Notes: generated by a model not told the origin, from the sequence alone. A stretch of DNA of 64,000 nt from Felis catus (GCF_018350175.1 NC_058368.1:74588001-74652000), one strand, 5' to 3'. Positions 38,842-50,889 are shown, numbered from the stretch's first letter. Numbers and translations: made by a program.

Positions 38842-39874
38842 AATAGGACGTGGAGTGAACAGTGGCTGTAATATTCCCAAATTACATTAAATTTCAGGCC
38901 AGGTCAGTGAATACTGGAAATAAAACCTTATTATTTTCAGTTGAAAAGTTCAACACCACCATTATGAACTAACCTATTTCAGAAGCTCTTGAATTTTTTT
39001 TCCCCACAATGATCAGCAGGTCACGTAAACTATATTTTTAAAATACTCAACTGATGTGTGCTACATCATAATTAGGATTAGCAAATTCATATTTTATATT
39101 ATGAATAGAACTAATTATAAGAACCGAGATTTATACTTTGGTGAATCTCTGTTTAATCGTAAGATTAAGGTATCCTTTTATAATCAATATAATATTTAAA
39201 GAGAAATACAATTAAATAGGTCAATTAACCCAATGCATTAAATGTAACATTTCACTAATCTCATAATTAGCTTATATAGGGTTTAAAAATGTAGTTATTC
39301 CTTATATAGATTTATTTCATCTTAGACTTCATGAAGATATGTGTTAGTTTTGGTTTTAGGTGAAGAAATATCATTAAATGAAAAATTAGTCTTATAACAT
39401 ATGTTGGTTGATGAGTTCTAATTTAATCCATCAAAACAAATGAACTGATTTAATACTTTGCAAAACATTTTTCCTGGACACTTGACTGAAATATTTCAAG
39501 GCTTCTTACTTTCTCTGTAACAAAAGAAATCCATATTCAAGTAGTTCTGACATGTGAAAGTGTAGTGCAAAATTTGAGAAGGGGGTTGATATGTAAATAT
39601 CTTTTATGAGCGCAGTAATGAAACTGACCTTATGTTTATACTTACATCTATATTTTTATCTTAGGACTCAGTCTGCCTGGTATGACATCACAGATGCCCA
39701 GACTGCTTAATATTAGGTCAGTCTTCTTCGAACTTTAGCTGTAAAAGAGCATTCCTTCGCAGGAGGTAGTTTGAATTATTTTCATTGGCTCTGCCCATGT
39801 GTGTATTCTATAGTTACCTCATGAAAAGAGCAAAGAACACTAAACTATCAGGATGGATTGACCAATTGATCGAT

Positions 39875-39947
39875 CAGTAGATAGAGAGATAGATGATGGA
39901 TAGATCGATAGATAGATGATAGATCGAGATAGACAATAGATAGATAA
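39875..39947. repeat. Imperfect (GATA)n microsatellite
   Basis: Direct. Confidence 0.85.
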
Positions 39948-41879
39948 ATCATCACATTCTTGCTGTGGAACCACCCAGGGTTATGCTCACGCTAGTTACC
40001 ATCCTCCAACAATGATTTCTGTATTGTTTTAGAGGCTCTGCTAGGACATATTGAACAGCAGGACTTTGAGAACAACGGATAGATTACCATTGGTTTTTCT
40101 GAGAAGTATGGCGACCAGGTGTTCATTTTAAAAAGGCAACTCTTCAGAACATCTTGTATGTCCTACAAAAACACTGTCCATAACATGATATTGTCTTCCT
40201 AACTCTGTTTCTTCTCATTTCTTCCGGTGTATTTTCTGACTCGCTATCTCCACAATGGAAACACCAGCCGTCACGGAGTTGATCCATTAATTTGCCCCTT
40301 ACTGCCTACAGTACTTACCATAGTAAGCCATTTCTACCTCCAAATAAGACTTCAATCCACTCCTTCCTCTCTATCTCCAAGGAATTTTTTTCAATCTCAT
40401 CTTCCCAGAATCCCTCACCTAAAAGCCTATACTATTTTTATAATGTTACTCCTCTCTTAATCCCTTCCAATTTTCACTACCTTGTCGCCAAGTTGCTGTT
40501 TTAAATTAACTTTATCACAACGCTCCTCTGTTGGCTCATTACTGGACAAAATCCAAACTCATCAGCACAGAGTCAAGATTTCCTTTGTATCTGACCCCAA
40601 CACTCTGGCTCTTGAACCCTAGTTTTGGCCTTGCCACAAAAGGTCCCCTAATATTAGTGGGTAGAAATGAGATTCTACACTTTATGTGTGCCTGGTACAC
40701 ATAAACTCTATGCAAGTGTGAGGTATTTGCTGTTATAGTTAACAAAAGCCACAGATGGGGATGAAACTAAGAGAACAAATTAAATGGAGAATCAAACATA
40801 AAGTTAAGATTAATGAACTGGAAAATAGATTCAGAACATGTCTACAGGATTAAGGTTTCTGAAACACATAAAAATACAGGATTTATACGCAAAAAATTAG
40901 GAAGCCCAGAAGACTGTAATGGATACAGGGCCATGGATAGCACGATAAGATGCCAAGAGAATTCTCTGGATTTCCTTGCCCACAGGTGGTGTCGACAGAT
41001 GAGTCCTGAATCAGTCTGACTACCTCCTATACCACTCTGTCACTATCTTAACATCTTCCCTTTTTCACGGGAAACCCATAGTTCAGACTGAACTTCTTTA
41101 ATTGATGTTGATGAGAAACAGTCTATTCCCTGTGCATAGTGCGATGCCACCCTTCAGTGCATTATTCTGACTAGCAATGAAAAGAGAAAACTTTGATTTA
41201 CACACAAGGAAAAGTCGAACAGGTTACGTCCTCCAGATCTAATGACAATTTCACTTGTCGTGATTTTGATCTGTTGCCAGCTAATCCAATTTGAAGTTGC
41301 ATTCACCTGTGCCCGGTGAAGTGTCACTGTAACCTCCCAAGCAAGAGTGGAGAGGCAGTTTTACCCCAGCAGGTGTAAGAGAGTGTTTAATAGGGAGGAA
41401 ATACATTATTATTAAGTCACAGACCTTCCAATATGCGTCTTCTCAACCACGTCTAAGTACTTGGCACAGGACTGCTCACCATCCTTGGTGCATATGGTTT
41501 GTTTTGACACCAAATCTAATTTAACTCTTGCTAAGTGCTGGTCAACAAACCAGTGTCTTTCCATAATGAGATTTTATTGGTCCATGTCAAAATGAAGAAA
41601 AAAGAAAAAAAAGATCAACTCGGTAAAAATTTCCCAAGGCCGAATTTGTTCATTATCAAGGACTTTAAAGGTTGAGATTATTTCCGTCTGGATTTTTGGT
41701 AGTGAAACAACTTTCCTTTCAGGAAATGACAGTGATGAAAGATTCCTCTTTCGATGGTAGAATCTAGTCTTTTGTTTTCTTTTGCACAGCTTTTTTACAT
41801 TCTTACCAGAAAAAAATATTGCCAACCCAATTACCATTCTGCCATATAAATTTTGAATTTTACAGGTATGTGAAATCCA

Positions 41880-43554
41880 TATATGAGTATTTTTCTATCA
41901 TGCATTAATAATGGTCCTTATCCTATCATTTTAACATAAGCCACCTCTGAACTTGGGTATCTCTCTCACCAGATCATTCTTTATGGCCTTGATGAATGGC
42001 ACATTCTCTGGGCGATCCTATGGAACATGATCCTTGAGTATCTCCTCAGGTATAAAATAATATATCCATTCTAGCATACCTACCCCCCTTTAGCCTCTTT
42101 ATAACGTCCTCTACTGGCTGCTACAGCAACTCAGATTTATATATGTCACTGAACATTGGTCCCCACACTCCCCAAGCTTCTAATAGCCATGCGATCAATG
42201 TGCTTGCCGCATTTGTAGGGTCTTGATCAGAGTTCTGCGTCCTAAGAAAGTGCTACCAGGTCAATGAATTCTTGCTCACCCAGTCTTCAGTTCCAGCCCT
42301 CTTAGGCAAGCACACTCAAAATTTAATCCCAGGAATATCCCCCTGGATCCTACAAATATATGCTCACCAATTCTTGCTGTTCTTTTATTGTGTAATCTCA
42401 TTCCTCCTTTGTCATTCTAAGCAGGTCGCTAGCCAGATTATGCTGAGTTTAAGCCATGGTTATCCACCCCAAGGCTCCTGGAGGTGGGTTTCTGTTCCCT
42501 TATGTTATCTTTCATCAGAGGGGAAGGATTACCTTCCTTGAGGTGAGGGGGTGGGCCTCTTCTCCAAGCCATGACAGCTCAGGGGGTCTGCATAACCCAA
42601 ATCGGCTACTGCATCCATTCATGTTTCAAGTTCAGATCATTGTAAGCAGGGTCCTAAACTTAGCCTAAAAACTGGCTTTGCTGAATATTTAAGCCTCTTT
42701 GGAGACTGGCAGGTCTCAGGTTCTGAGTCTGCTCCTCAGCTTCGTTCCATGTCTCACTACAGATGATAAAGACCTTCAGAAAGAACTTCTAGTTATCATA
42801 GTTAACTAGCTAGGTTAACTAGATAAGTTAATAAACCTTCAGAAAGAACTTCCAGTTATCATAGTTAGCTTTTAACTAGTTGGCAATAGCACTCAGTGGC
42901 AATCTATCTTTAGGGAGTATTGTGGACTAAATGTTTATATCCCCTCCAACTTCATATGCTAAACCCTAATATTTGGAGATGGGGTCTACGAAGACGTGAT
43001 AGAGGTTACATGAGGTCATAAGGGTGGGGACCTAATCCAGTAGGGTTGATGCCTTTCTAAGAAGAGGAAGGCACACTGGACAACCTTGTGGCTCTCCACC
43101 ATTAGAGGACACAGCAAGAACACTATAGAAGAGAGCTCTCACCAGGAACAGTATTAGTTGGCACCTTGATCTTGGACTTCCTAGCTTCTAGAACTGTGAA
43201 ATACAAGTTTCTGTTATTTAAGCCACTCGATCTATGATATTCTTTATGGCAACCCAAGCTGACTAAGATAGGAAGTTAATATAATTTTTAAACAACCAGT
43301 CAAATCTTTGTATACATTGTTTTCTATATATATTTTAAATGCCTGAATCATGTACTTGTTTCTTTCTACCAGAATGTTTTCCTGGTCACTACTGGCCAAA
43401 TATTCATTAATAAGGCTGCCATCTTGTGCCAGGGATGACCTTTAACTATGTACCCTTAGGGTATTGTCCTCCTTGCCTATCAAGTGACTAAGGGATGACT
43501 GTCTTAGTCACCGAATCACATCTTCCTGCCTCTTTTCTCCTATTGGTATCACCT
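41880..43554 (-). pseudogene. gag: ERV-L class (class III) endogenous retrovirus internal region with decayed gag, interrupted by an MLT1 LTR
   Basis: Hand translation of minus strand: HPWHKMAALL (about 43.4 kb), EAEEQTQNL (about 42.73 kb), DYTIKEQQELVSIYL*DPGGYSWD*ILSVLA*EGWN*RLGEQEFIDLVALS, LIAWLLEAW..PVEDVIKRL, VGMLEWIYY..RPENVPFIKAIKNDLVR; matches remembered ERV-L Gag motifs; many stops and frameshifts. Confidence 0.85.
42918..43270 (+). mobile_element. MaLR solo LTR (MLT1A-like) inserted in the ERV-L gag
   Basis: tattgtggactaaatgttt...tgaggtcataagggtggggacctaatcc...ggcaccttgatcttggacttcctagcttctagaactgtga...gctgactaagata; 5-bp TSD gggag/ggaag. Confidence 0.9.
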
Positions 43555-43700
43555 GTGTTTGGGTTCTCGGAGAAGGATGCACCAGAAAAGGATTAGCCAT
43601 GTCAAGGAAATATGAGTAACTCATCTTCATGTCCTTCATAGTTGTTACATGGCATATTCATAATACCAAACGAAGATCATGGAAGGTGGGAATTATCTCT
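43555..43700 (-). mobile_element. Probable remnant of the ERV-L 5' LTR (LTR33/LTR41-like), next to a PBS-like site
   Basis: tgtgtttgggttctcggagaaggatgcaccagaaaaggatt resembles LTR33-type antisense ends; minus strand continues ...aaacaca-ggtgataccaatagg, similar to the tRNA-Leu PBS tggtaccaggag. Confidence 0.5.
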
Positions 43701-45373
43701 AATATTGATCCTGGATTATCAATGACACAGAATTGCCTAACATGAGTGAATAAAAATGTATCCTGGATTGAATTGCTATAAATTGAAAATGTTTTCATTG
43801 TTCAGACGTTCCATGTAGTATTTCCAGTGTTAGTAGCACTGAAGAGTGGAAAGAGGGCTACTCTTTGATCAAGAAACTCCAAGTAACAATTTACTCCAAG
43901 TAAATTCAGTGGAGTGTTCTGTCAACTCTTTTTGTTTTTTTCCATATCAAGTATGGTATAGTTCTCCTAGATTTCCTTATACCATCCGGACAGAATTACA
44001 AAGTAATACTTTGTGATCTTGGTTTTCTTACGATGTTTTGTCTCCATTTCCTTCTTTTTGTGCACAGAATGAAAATAAATTGCTATTATTCTATGCACTT
44101 AATGATGCCCTTGGGAGCTGGGCGGGCAGATTAGAGAGGTGGGAGTGATCCAAGCTCCTAAATATTTAGCTAAATTGGATGTTTTCTAAAGGCAAGTGAT
44201 CATTTAGAGAAACGGAAGATACATCATAGGAAAAATATCAGACATGATGAAGCAGGGAGTCACCGGATAATCTAATAAGTTGTTTCTCTTTAAAACCAAT
44301 ACTTTTAATGATTAACGTTTATTTAGAAGGAATGGGAAGAAACTTATTTCATATTGATACATATTGCTTTGAATTTATTTCTTAATCACTAATCTGTTTC
44401 TATCACTATACACGCATGAATTATTTCACAATATATTTTAACTACAAAGAGAAACAGATTGTTTTACACATTTTTTTACTAAAAAAATAGACAATGGTTT
44501 AACAAAAAATGGTAAACCTATCTCTATTTTTACCTACTTATTTTCTTGCCCGTTTCATTTTCTGATTTTTTTCCCTAAAATGGACAACTTATTATGATAC
44601 CTGTGAAGGATTCAAAATTTAAATTTGTAAATATACTATATTCTGAGGAAGTGGCATTAGGATCTGCATTCCTCTGTTTCAGAAATTTAAACCATTAAGA
44701 CTGCATTGTGTGTATGAAAAAGCATCCCATAGATCTAGGTGTGTATGCACAAGAGTGTTTATTTGGGACTGGTTTGTGTTTCAACAGTGTATTGGTGTAA
44801 TGTTTCAGGATTCCTTACACATTGGCTGCCTGCTCTTATATCTCGTGATGTGATGCTCTATGATCCTGGTTGTGAAGAAAGATGTAGAAGGATCTTTCAT
44901 TGGGAATGGGAGTGGGTATTGTAAAATTTTGCAAACACGTAAGGTTTTGTTTCTTCTGTTTCTTATAGTACGTAAAATGTCACCTTCTGCAGCTAAGGTG
45001 AGGACAACAATAACAATAACAACAAGAACAACAAACACAAAAACTCCATGACGTAACTTCCAGGATGCAGCAGACACCGTGAGATTAATAAAATATATAC
45101 TTTTAGATACTTTAAGCCAGCCACAAAACAACCAATGATAGCCATTATCAAATATAAGTCTTTGGAAAGGCCCCATGAGAACTGACATGCCAGGAGTTTA
45201 AAGACTGAAAATTAGCTTGATGGGTTTTTAATTGCAAACAAAACATACATGATTTGGCTTAACTGAGTAAAGAAATTCAAGAGAGAACTTTTTATGGTGG
45301 ATTTTATATGGGCATGTTACAATGCTCTTAGTGCATATGAGTAGTACCACAAGATAGAAGATTCTATCTTCTA

Positions 45374-45391
45374 TGTGTGTGTGTGTGTGTT

Positions 45392-45428
<37 letters not shown>

Positions 45429-46228
45429 CTTCTATATATATATATTGATTATTGGACTTTATGACATGAAAGCAATATATATATATGAATATATATAAGA
45501 ATATATATATGAATATATATATAAGAATATATAAGAATATATATAAGAATATATAATATATATTAATATATATTATATATTATATATTATATATTAATAA
45601 TTATATGTATTAATATATTATATATTATATATTATATATTAATAATTATATATAGATTTATATATATTATAATAATATAATATATTATAATAATATAATA
45701 TATAATATATACACATTAATATATAATATATATTATATATTATATAATATATAATATTATATATTATATATTATAATAATATAATATATTATAATAATAT
45801 AATATATTATAATTATATATAATATATATAGAATATATATATAAGAATATATATATGAATATATATAAGAATATATATATGAATATATATAAGAATATAT
45901 ATATGAATTGGGGCGCCTGGGTGGCGCAGTCGGTTAAGTGTCCGACTTCAGCCAGGTCACGATCTCGCGGTCCGTGAGTTCGAGCCCCGCATCAGGCTCT
46001 GGGCTGATGGCTCAGAGCCTGGAGCCTGTTTCCGATTCTGTGTCTCCCTCTCTCTCTGCCCCTCCCCCGTTCATGCTCTGTCTCTCTCTGTCCCAAAAAT
46101 AAATAAACGTTAAAAAAAAAAAATTTAAAGAATATATATATGAATATATATATAAGAATATATATATGAATATATATATATAAGAATATATATATGAATA
46201 TATATATATAAGAATATATATATATATA
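45374..46228. repeat. (TG)n(TA)n microsatellite and AT-rich minisatellite (gaatatatatataa units), with an inserted SINE
   Basis: Direct. Confidence 0.95.
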
Positions 46229-46265
46229 TTGCTTTCATGTCATAAAGTCCAATAATCAATATATA
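45439..46265. repeat. Perfect 48-bp inverted repeat (arms 45439-45486 and 46218-46265)
   Basis: Core ttgattattggactttatgacatgaaagcaa (45445-45475) is the exact reverse complement of 46229-46259. Confidence 0.95.
45910..46127 (+). mobile_element. CanSINE, young SINEC_Fc-like
   Basis: Full length; TSD aagaatatatatatgaat. Confidence 0.97.
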
Positions 46266-46399
46266 ATATCCTGTTAAATACAATGCTTCAGTGTCATTAA
46301 ATCCAATAATGAATGCATTTCAGGTGACTTTCATTGATTCTTTTGAATCCTTCACCTTTGTTAATTTGCTCAGCTACAATTTCAGTCTTAAGCTTCTCT

Positions 46400-46980
46400 T
46401 TCGTGGCCCAGATTCAACCCCATTATATTTATATTTAGAGTAGTTCTTTGTCACTTACAAGGCTGCAACAATAGAAGCCATCAAAAATGACTTCCCTCAG
46501 CTTCCTGAGGTTCCAAAATTTCCCAGGATTCTTATCTATCCTTTGTTATTTTCTGCTAGTCTAAAAGTAAGAGATCTTCCTCTTTTTGTCCATAGAAATT
46601 CCTTAATCTCTGCTTGGATCTGACTTCCTCTCCACTTCTCTTACTAACTAAAAGAAAGAAGGAAGGAAGGAAGGAAGGAAGGAAGGAAGGAAGGAAGGAA
46701 GGAAAAAAGAGGGAAAAAACCCCACATTGTTTGGATATATTTGCAGAGAAAATTTACTTCCTCCATTTCGTTCTCATCTACCTAATGGATGGTGCTAGCA
46801 TCGATGTGTCTCTAGATTCTCATGTCTTATTTCATCCACAGTCAACTAAAATCTTGCTCACAACCAAGGTTGCCAGTGATTGCTCAGTAATACTGGCCCA
46901 GATGAAAAAAAAATTAACCGATATTTTCAGGCATTATTTATCCAGATCCCATGAAACATTTAATAATGTTGACTATGCAT
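46400..46980 (+). mobile_element. L2-like fragments
   Basis: ccttaatctctgcttggatctgacttcctctcc; catccacagtcaactaaaatcttgctcacaaccaaggttgccagtga. Confidence 0.45.
46653..46703. repeat. (GGAA)n microsatellite
   Basis: Direct. Confidence 0.93.
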
Positions 46981-47756
46981 AACACAGAGGATCGTATTAT
47001 CAAATCGGACTAATCGAATCAGAAAGTTAACTGATTGTGAAGCTTTACTAATAATTTTAATGCTCAGTTGAAGCAGAGAAAGTTCTGGGGGTATCAAAGG
47101 TAGCTCCTTGGGGTCCCGTGTTCCTTCATCAGTCATGCATCTCTGGTTCAGAATAATAGATGAGGTTTCTAATGAGGTTCATGTTCATCTAACGTAGCGG
47201 GATTCTTTAAATTATTAATATCTCTCTTTTATAGCCAGCTAAGTGTTGTGTAGCTTATGTGACATTCTCCAGGGAACCCTTCTTCATAGATATTGGACTC
47301 AATTTCATACAGGTGACCCTTAGCCATGGACTTCCTGCTAAGTGTACTTCAGAGATCAGTTTTCTTTCGCATTGCAAATATCAGAGGTCCAGGTGACAAA
47401 AGATTAGGCTGGGCCACCTGCCCATCTGCCTCCTCTCTTTCCCCCCAAATGAGTCTCAGATGAAAGAAATGAGTAGGTTACAGGCTAACTTCTTTAACTT
47501 TCCCTCCCATCAATTTGCTTTCCTTTGTCTCTTCCTTTACCTAATTCTCTCCTGGTTCTCTTTATATCCTCTGAATATAACTCCGGGTTCCTTTACTGGA
47601 ACTTTCCCTTAATGATTCTTCAAGTGTCAGTCCATGGTATTCTATTCTCAGGGTCTCTTCTGTTCTTTTCTTGCTCTACATTTCCCTTTATACATGATTT
47701 TTTACGTTGCCTTATGTTTTTAACCATGACCCTATATCGTGACTCAAAACTTATTT

Positions 47757-47973
47757 AAAAAAAAATTTTTAATGTTTATTTATTTCTGAGACAGAGAGAG
47801 ACAGAGCATGAGTGAGGGAGGGGCAGAGAGAGGGGGTGACCCAGAATCTGAAGCAGGCTTCAGGCTCTGAGCTGTCAGCGCAGAGCCCGACGTGGGGCTC
47901 GAACTCACAAACCGCGAGATCATGGCCTGAGCCGAAGTCGGTCGCTCAACCGACTGAGCCACCCAGGTGCCCC
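47757..47973 (-). mobile_element. CanSINE (felid)
   Basis: Full length; TSD aaaacttattt. Confidence 0.96.
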
Positions 47974-48032
47974 AAAACTTATTTTTTAAACTGCATAAAG
48001 AGGTGATGACATATATATACAAGGACCTGCTA

Positions 48033-48238
48033 GGGGCACCCGAGTGGCTCAGCCAGTTAAGCATCTGACTTTGGTTCAGATCATGATCTCATGGTTAGTG
48101 AGTTCGAGCCGCGCATCAGGTTCTCTACTGTCAGTGGGCATGGAGCCCACTTTGGATCCTCTGTCTTCCTCTCTCTGCCCCTCCCCTGCTTGTTCTCTCT
48201 TTTTCTCTCTCTCAAAAATAAATATATATTTTTTTTAA
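48033..48238 (+). mobile_element. CanSINE, tandem array member 1
   Basis: ggggcacccgagtggctcagccagttaag...gagcccactttggatcctctgtc. Confidence 0.93.
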
Positions 48239-48250
48239 AAGGAGATGCTA

Positions 48251-48410
48251 GGGGAACCTGGGTGGCTCAGTCGGTTAAACATCCAACTTCGACTCAAATC
48301 ATGATCTCAGTTTGTGAGTTTGAGCCCCAAGTGGGGCTCTGTGCTGACAGCTCAGAGCCTGGAGCCTGCTTCGGATTCTGTGTCTTTCTCTCTCTCTGCC
48401 CCTCCCCCTC

Positions 48411-48451
<41 letters not shown>

Positions 48452-48470
48452 AAAATAAATGTTAAGAAAA
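48251..48470 (+). mobile_element. CanSINE, tandem array member 2
   Basis: ggggaacctgggtggctcagtcggttaa...long CT tract, A tail. Confidence 0.94.
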
Positions 48471-48483
48471 AAGGAGCTTCCAT

Positions 48484-48714
48484 GGGCAGCTGGGTAGCTC
48501 AATTGGTTGGGCGTCTGACTTCAGCTCAGGTTGTGATCTCATGGATCCTGAGTTCGAGCCCCGCGTCGGGCTCTGTGCTGACTCAGAGCCTGGAGCCTGC
48601 TTCAGAGTCTGTCTCCTCTCTCTGCCCCTCCTCCACTCACGTTCTGTCTCAGTCTCTGTCTCTCTCTCTTAAAATAAATAAACATTAAAAAGACATTTAA
48701 AAAATAATTAAAAA
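48484..48714 (+). mobile_element. CanSINE, tandem array member 3
   Basis: gggcagctgggtagctcaattggttgggcgtctgacttcagctcagg...A tail. Confidence 0.93.
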
Positions 48715-48776
48715 AAGGAGGAGCTGCTAGGCGCTGCCTGCATATACAACAAGCATCTCAAAGGCGACCTATTCTT

Positions 48777-49000
48777 GGGGCGCCTGGGTGGCACAGTCGG
48801 TTAAGCGTCCGACTTCAGCCAGGTCACGATCTCGCGGTCGGGAGTTCGAGCCCCGCGTCAGGCTCTGGGCTGATGGCTCAGAGCCTGGAGCCTGTTTCCG
48901 ATTCTGTGTCTCCCTCTCTCTCTGCCCCTCCCCCGTTCATGCTCTGTCTCTCTCTGTCCCAAAAATAAAAATAAACGTTGAAAAAAAAATTACAAAAAAA
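48777..49000 (+). mobile_element. CanSINE, young SINEC_Fc-like
   Basis: Full length; TSD aaaggcgacctattct. Confidence 0.97.
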
Positions 49001-49101
49001 AAAGGCGACCTATTCTAGATGGAAACGAGGGTCTCCCTTCCATTTCATAATCAGATCTTCGTTGACTCTTCATCATCAGTATCAACAGGAATAATAAAAC
49101 A

Positions 49102-49324
49102 TTTTTTTTTAATTCTTTTTAATGTTTATTTTTTGAGAGGGAGAGAGAGGGAGCGTGAGCGAAGGAGGGGCAGAGAGACAGGAAGACACAGAATCCGAAG
49201 CGAGCTCCAGGCTCTGAGCTGTCGTCAGCACAGAGCCCGATGCAGGGCTTGAACCCACAAACTGCGAGACTTATGACCCGAGCTGAAGTTGGGTGCTTAA
49301 CCCACTGAGCCACCCAGGCGCCCC
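49102..49324 (-). mobile_element. CanSINE (felid)
   Basis: Full length; TSD agga(a/g)taataaaacatt. Confidence 0.95.
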
Positions 49325-50072
49325 TAGGAGTAATAAAACATTTTTAATGCAAGTATCAGTCTCCACTCAGTATTCAGTGACTGACACAGTGAAACTTTGC
49401 TTGTCAACTCTTTTCTGTGTGCTTCTCATAGTTAAGTACGTTAATGTCCTCACATCCTTAAAAGGGTTATTATTGTATCAGTTTTTCTATGTAGAAGTTG
49501 AGGCTGAAAAACTTTAATTGGCTTATGCAACGTCTGCCAGTAACTGGCAAAACAAGGACATGCACACAACTAATCCCATGGGTGCTCAGGTACATGATTG
49601 CCAGCTGAACTACATCCAGGTGAATTTCTCTCTCTAAAAACAGAGAGGCTTGAGCAGAAAGACGCTGAAGCACCAGAAAGCTGGGTTTCTGAGCTGTGCA
49701 CAGGTCTGTGTATTTTTGAAAGCCTAGAGCAAGCTGCAGGGGGGTATGAGGTGGAAATGCCACCAAGGTGCCCTGTGACTCAGAGAGGGATGAAGAGAGG
49801 GGCGCAAGCACCTCTGCGTTAGTTAGGGTTCGAGATAATGATCTTTGAGCTCTTCGAGCAAGGTGCACTGAGAATCTAACAAGTTACCTGAAATCAGCGT
49901 TTGTTCCTGTCCCAGGTCCATCCCAGAACTGTTCAGGAGAGTGAGATTTCTCTGCCTTTCTCAACATCTTTCTTCCATTCCTGGGTCCTCCAGTTTTTGT
50001 CATGTCCCAGCCAATAGGAATAGGGAACAGAAAATGAGAAGCAGGTAACTTCCTTTTTAAAAATATAAACAA

Positions 50073-50286
50073 GGGGCGCCTGGGTGGCTCAGTCGGTTAA
50101 GCGTCAGACTTCAGCTCAGGTCATGATCTTACAGCTCGTGGGTTCGAGCCCCACGTCGGGCTCTGTGCTAACGGCTCAGAACCTGGAGCCTGCTTTGGAT
50201 CCTGTGTCTCCCTCTCTCTCTGCCCCTCCCCTGCTCATGCTCTGCCTCTGTCTCTCTCAAAAATAAATAAACATTTAAAAAAAGGT
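50073..50286 (+). mobile_element. CanSINE (felid)
   Basis: Full length; diverged TSD aaaata(t/c)aaac. Confidence 0.96.
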
Positions 50287-50889
50287 TTTAAAATACAAAC
50301 GAGAAGTGAACAAATCACCTTTACATCCTATGTTTGCAAATTTAACCACTTCTACTGAAAGAATCAAAGGGGGAAATCTGGCTATCTATGCCACACTCGT
50401 CGATACAGAGAAAGCAACAACCAAAATACCATGAATTTGGAAATACAAACAGACTTGCTCAGACACAGTTACAGACCTAGGCATCTGGGCTGTTCTAATG
50501 ACATGTCTGTCCTTGACAAGCTCACCTTCCATACCTCACCCTGGGGAAGCTTACCTGGGGAGCATAGCCTGTACACACGAAAGCTCCAAACTTGACTCCA
50601 TACTTATTCTGTCTTGGCACAGGGATGCTTCTGTTCATACTGACCCTTTAGGTGAACACTTTATATGCCCCATACCAATAATGCCTAACAGACCGACCAT
50701 TCCATACACCTTTTTCCTGAGACTTATCTGGACGCTCTCCAAATACGACATATATTAGCATCTAGAAAACGTGTAGAAGCCCTAACTGCTATTTTAAAAC
50801 ATGTTAAAATTGACAGGTAATCAGGTCCTTCAAGACAATTTACAAGAATTGTATACATTTCTGACCACCTGTTTACATAATAAATTTCC

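Noticed and set aside
43414..43430. CTCF/YY1-like motif GGCACAAGATGGCAGC on the minus strand
   Set aside because: It lies in the decayed gag frame (W-H-K-M-A-A) and has a mismatch at a key CTCF position; no independent support.
45439..46265. Interpretation of the inverted repeat as a MITE
   Set aside because: The arms are embedded in (TA)n with no distinct TSD or known TIR motif, and the interior is simple repeat; local fold-back is more parsimonious.
48021..48730. CRISPR-like repeat-spacer pattern
   Set aside because: Mammalian DNA with no cas genes; the repeats are about 12-bp TSDs and the spacers are SINEs.
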